From the human T2T-CHM13v2.0 reference genome, Homo sapiens: 64,000 bases of DNA. Under the pieces are notes generated by a model. It was not told the DNA's origin. It made no database searches and saw only the letters and a program-made list of their open reading frames with translations. Of this stretch, positions 62,575 to 64,000 are shown piece after piece. Location: the NCBI RefSeq assembly GCF_009914755.1, contig NC_060940.1; one strand, 5' to 3'. How positions within the stretch are numbered: the first letter of the stretch is position 1; every line of letters begins with the position of its first letter. The position numbers and the translations under genes are program-made.

Positions 62575-62827
62575 TTAAAAAATGCTTTCAGCTCATTTTA
62601 CCTTAGCTCTACCCTCCACAATTCTTAAGGCTGGTATTTAATTTTTAAAATACTTTAATAGGAAATTATTTTAAAACAGTTTGTAGGTACTCAATTTAAA
62701 AAGGGCTATTTATCTCCTGGAACTCAAATTATAAAAATATTTTTCTGGCCAGGAGTAGTGGCTCATGCCTGTAATCCCAGCACTTTGGGAGGCCGAGGCA
62801 GGTGAATCACCTGAAGTCAGGAGTTCA

Positions 62828-63028
<201 letters not shown>

Positions 63029-63232
63029 TCAGAAAAAAAAATATATTTTTTTCTCCATCTCAAAAAATAGAAAAAATTCTCACCAAACTATCACTACTGT
63101 TTATGCATTGATTTGCCTTCTGGGCCATTAAGTAGATTTCGAGTCTGACAGATATTTCTGTGGAATTCTGTGTCTCTAAGTTCTATGTCCTTTTTTATGG
63201 TTTGACTCTAATACTTTAATTTTGCTTAACAG

Positions 63233-63379
63233 AATCCAAAATATTGGAGAACAAGGTCATATGGCTTTGTTGGGACATAGTCTGGGAGCTTATATTTCAA
63301 CTCTGGACAAAGAGAAGCTGAGAAAACTTACAACTAGGATACTTTCAGATACCACCTTATGGCTATGCAGAATTTTCAG
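63233..63379 (+). CDS. PDXDC1: PDXDC1 exon 5 (R)IQNIGEQGHMALLGHSLGAYISTLDKEKLRKLTTRILSDTTLWLCRIF(R); gene continues beyond the window
   Basis: cttaacag| acceptor, |gtaaag donor, 147 bp phase 2-2. Confidence 0.92.
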
Positions 63380-63716
63380 GTAAAGACATGATGAGTTTCC
63401 AGTGAAGACTTTTATGAGTCGGGTGTAGACTGAAAGATCTTTTTTCTGGAGCTGTACTACTTGGGTTCAGATTTCCTTCTCCTTGAAAGGGGTGTTTAAC
63501 CTCTCAATGCCTGTTTCATCATCTGTTAGATGGGGATAGTATTAATACCTATTTCATAGAAGCGTTGTGAGGATTAAATGAGCTAATGGACTAATACATG
63601 TGAAGGGTGGAGAATAGAAGCACATATGTGTTTGATAGGGTCAGCAGTTATTTATTTGTGGGGTATCTAATTGGCACATGTCGGTAGAAGATAGAGCAAT
63701 GATCTAGATTCAAATA

Positions 63717-64000
63717 CAGTTGTCCCTTATCCTTGGGTGTCCTTGGGGGATTGGTTCTTGACCTCCCATCCTCACCCTATGGATAAAAAAATTCATGGAT
63801 GCTCAAATCCCTTATATAAAATAGCACAGTATTTTCATGTAACTGAGGCACATCTTCCCATATACTTTAATCTCTTGATTACATATAATACCTAATACGA
63901 TGTAAATGCTGTGTAAATAGTTGTTACACTGTATTGTTTAGGGAATAATGACAAGGAAAAAAAGTCTGTAGATATTCAGTACAGAGGCACCCATCTTTTT
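63717..64000. mobile_element. MER2 (Tigger-family) DNA transposon, truncated by the window end
   Basis: ta|cagttgtccct...ggatgctcaaatcccttatataaaat...tgtattgtttagggaataatgacaag. Confidence 0.8.

Overview
Human (or near-identical great-ape) genomic DNA. From recognition of the proteins it is the chr16p13.11 segmental-duplication region. The window holds: (1) the last seven exons of an NPIP/morpheus gene on the + strand (866-~11100), whose spliced protein matches my recollection of NPIPA1 and ends in a coding VNTR; (2) an orphan, intact PLA2G10 catalytic exon on the - strand just downstream; (3) a mosaic ~20 kb intergenic stretch with several flipped or truncated Alu junctions and old LTR/DNA transposons; (4) the CpG-island promoter and first five coding exons of PDXDC1 (+ strand, from 34254). 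PDXDC1 intron 1 carries an antisense, intronless KIAA2013 retrocopy with an uninterrupted 633-codon ORF, poly(A) tail and short TSD, a 5'-truncated L1PA, and an unexplained 115-bp non-Alu inverted repeat. Alus are very dense, and most of the supplied short ORFs are Alu or antisense artefacts. Gene and repeat-family names come from memory, not database searches, and repeat boundaries are approximate.
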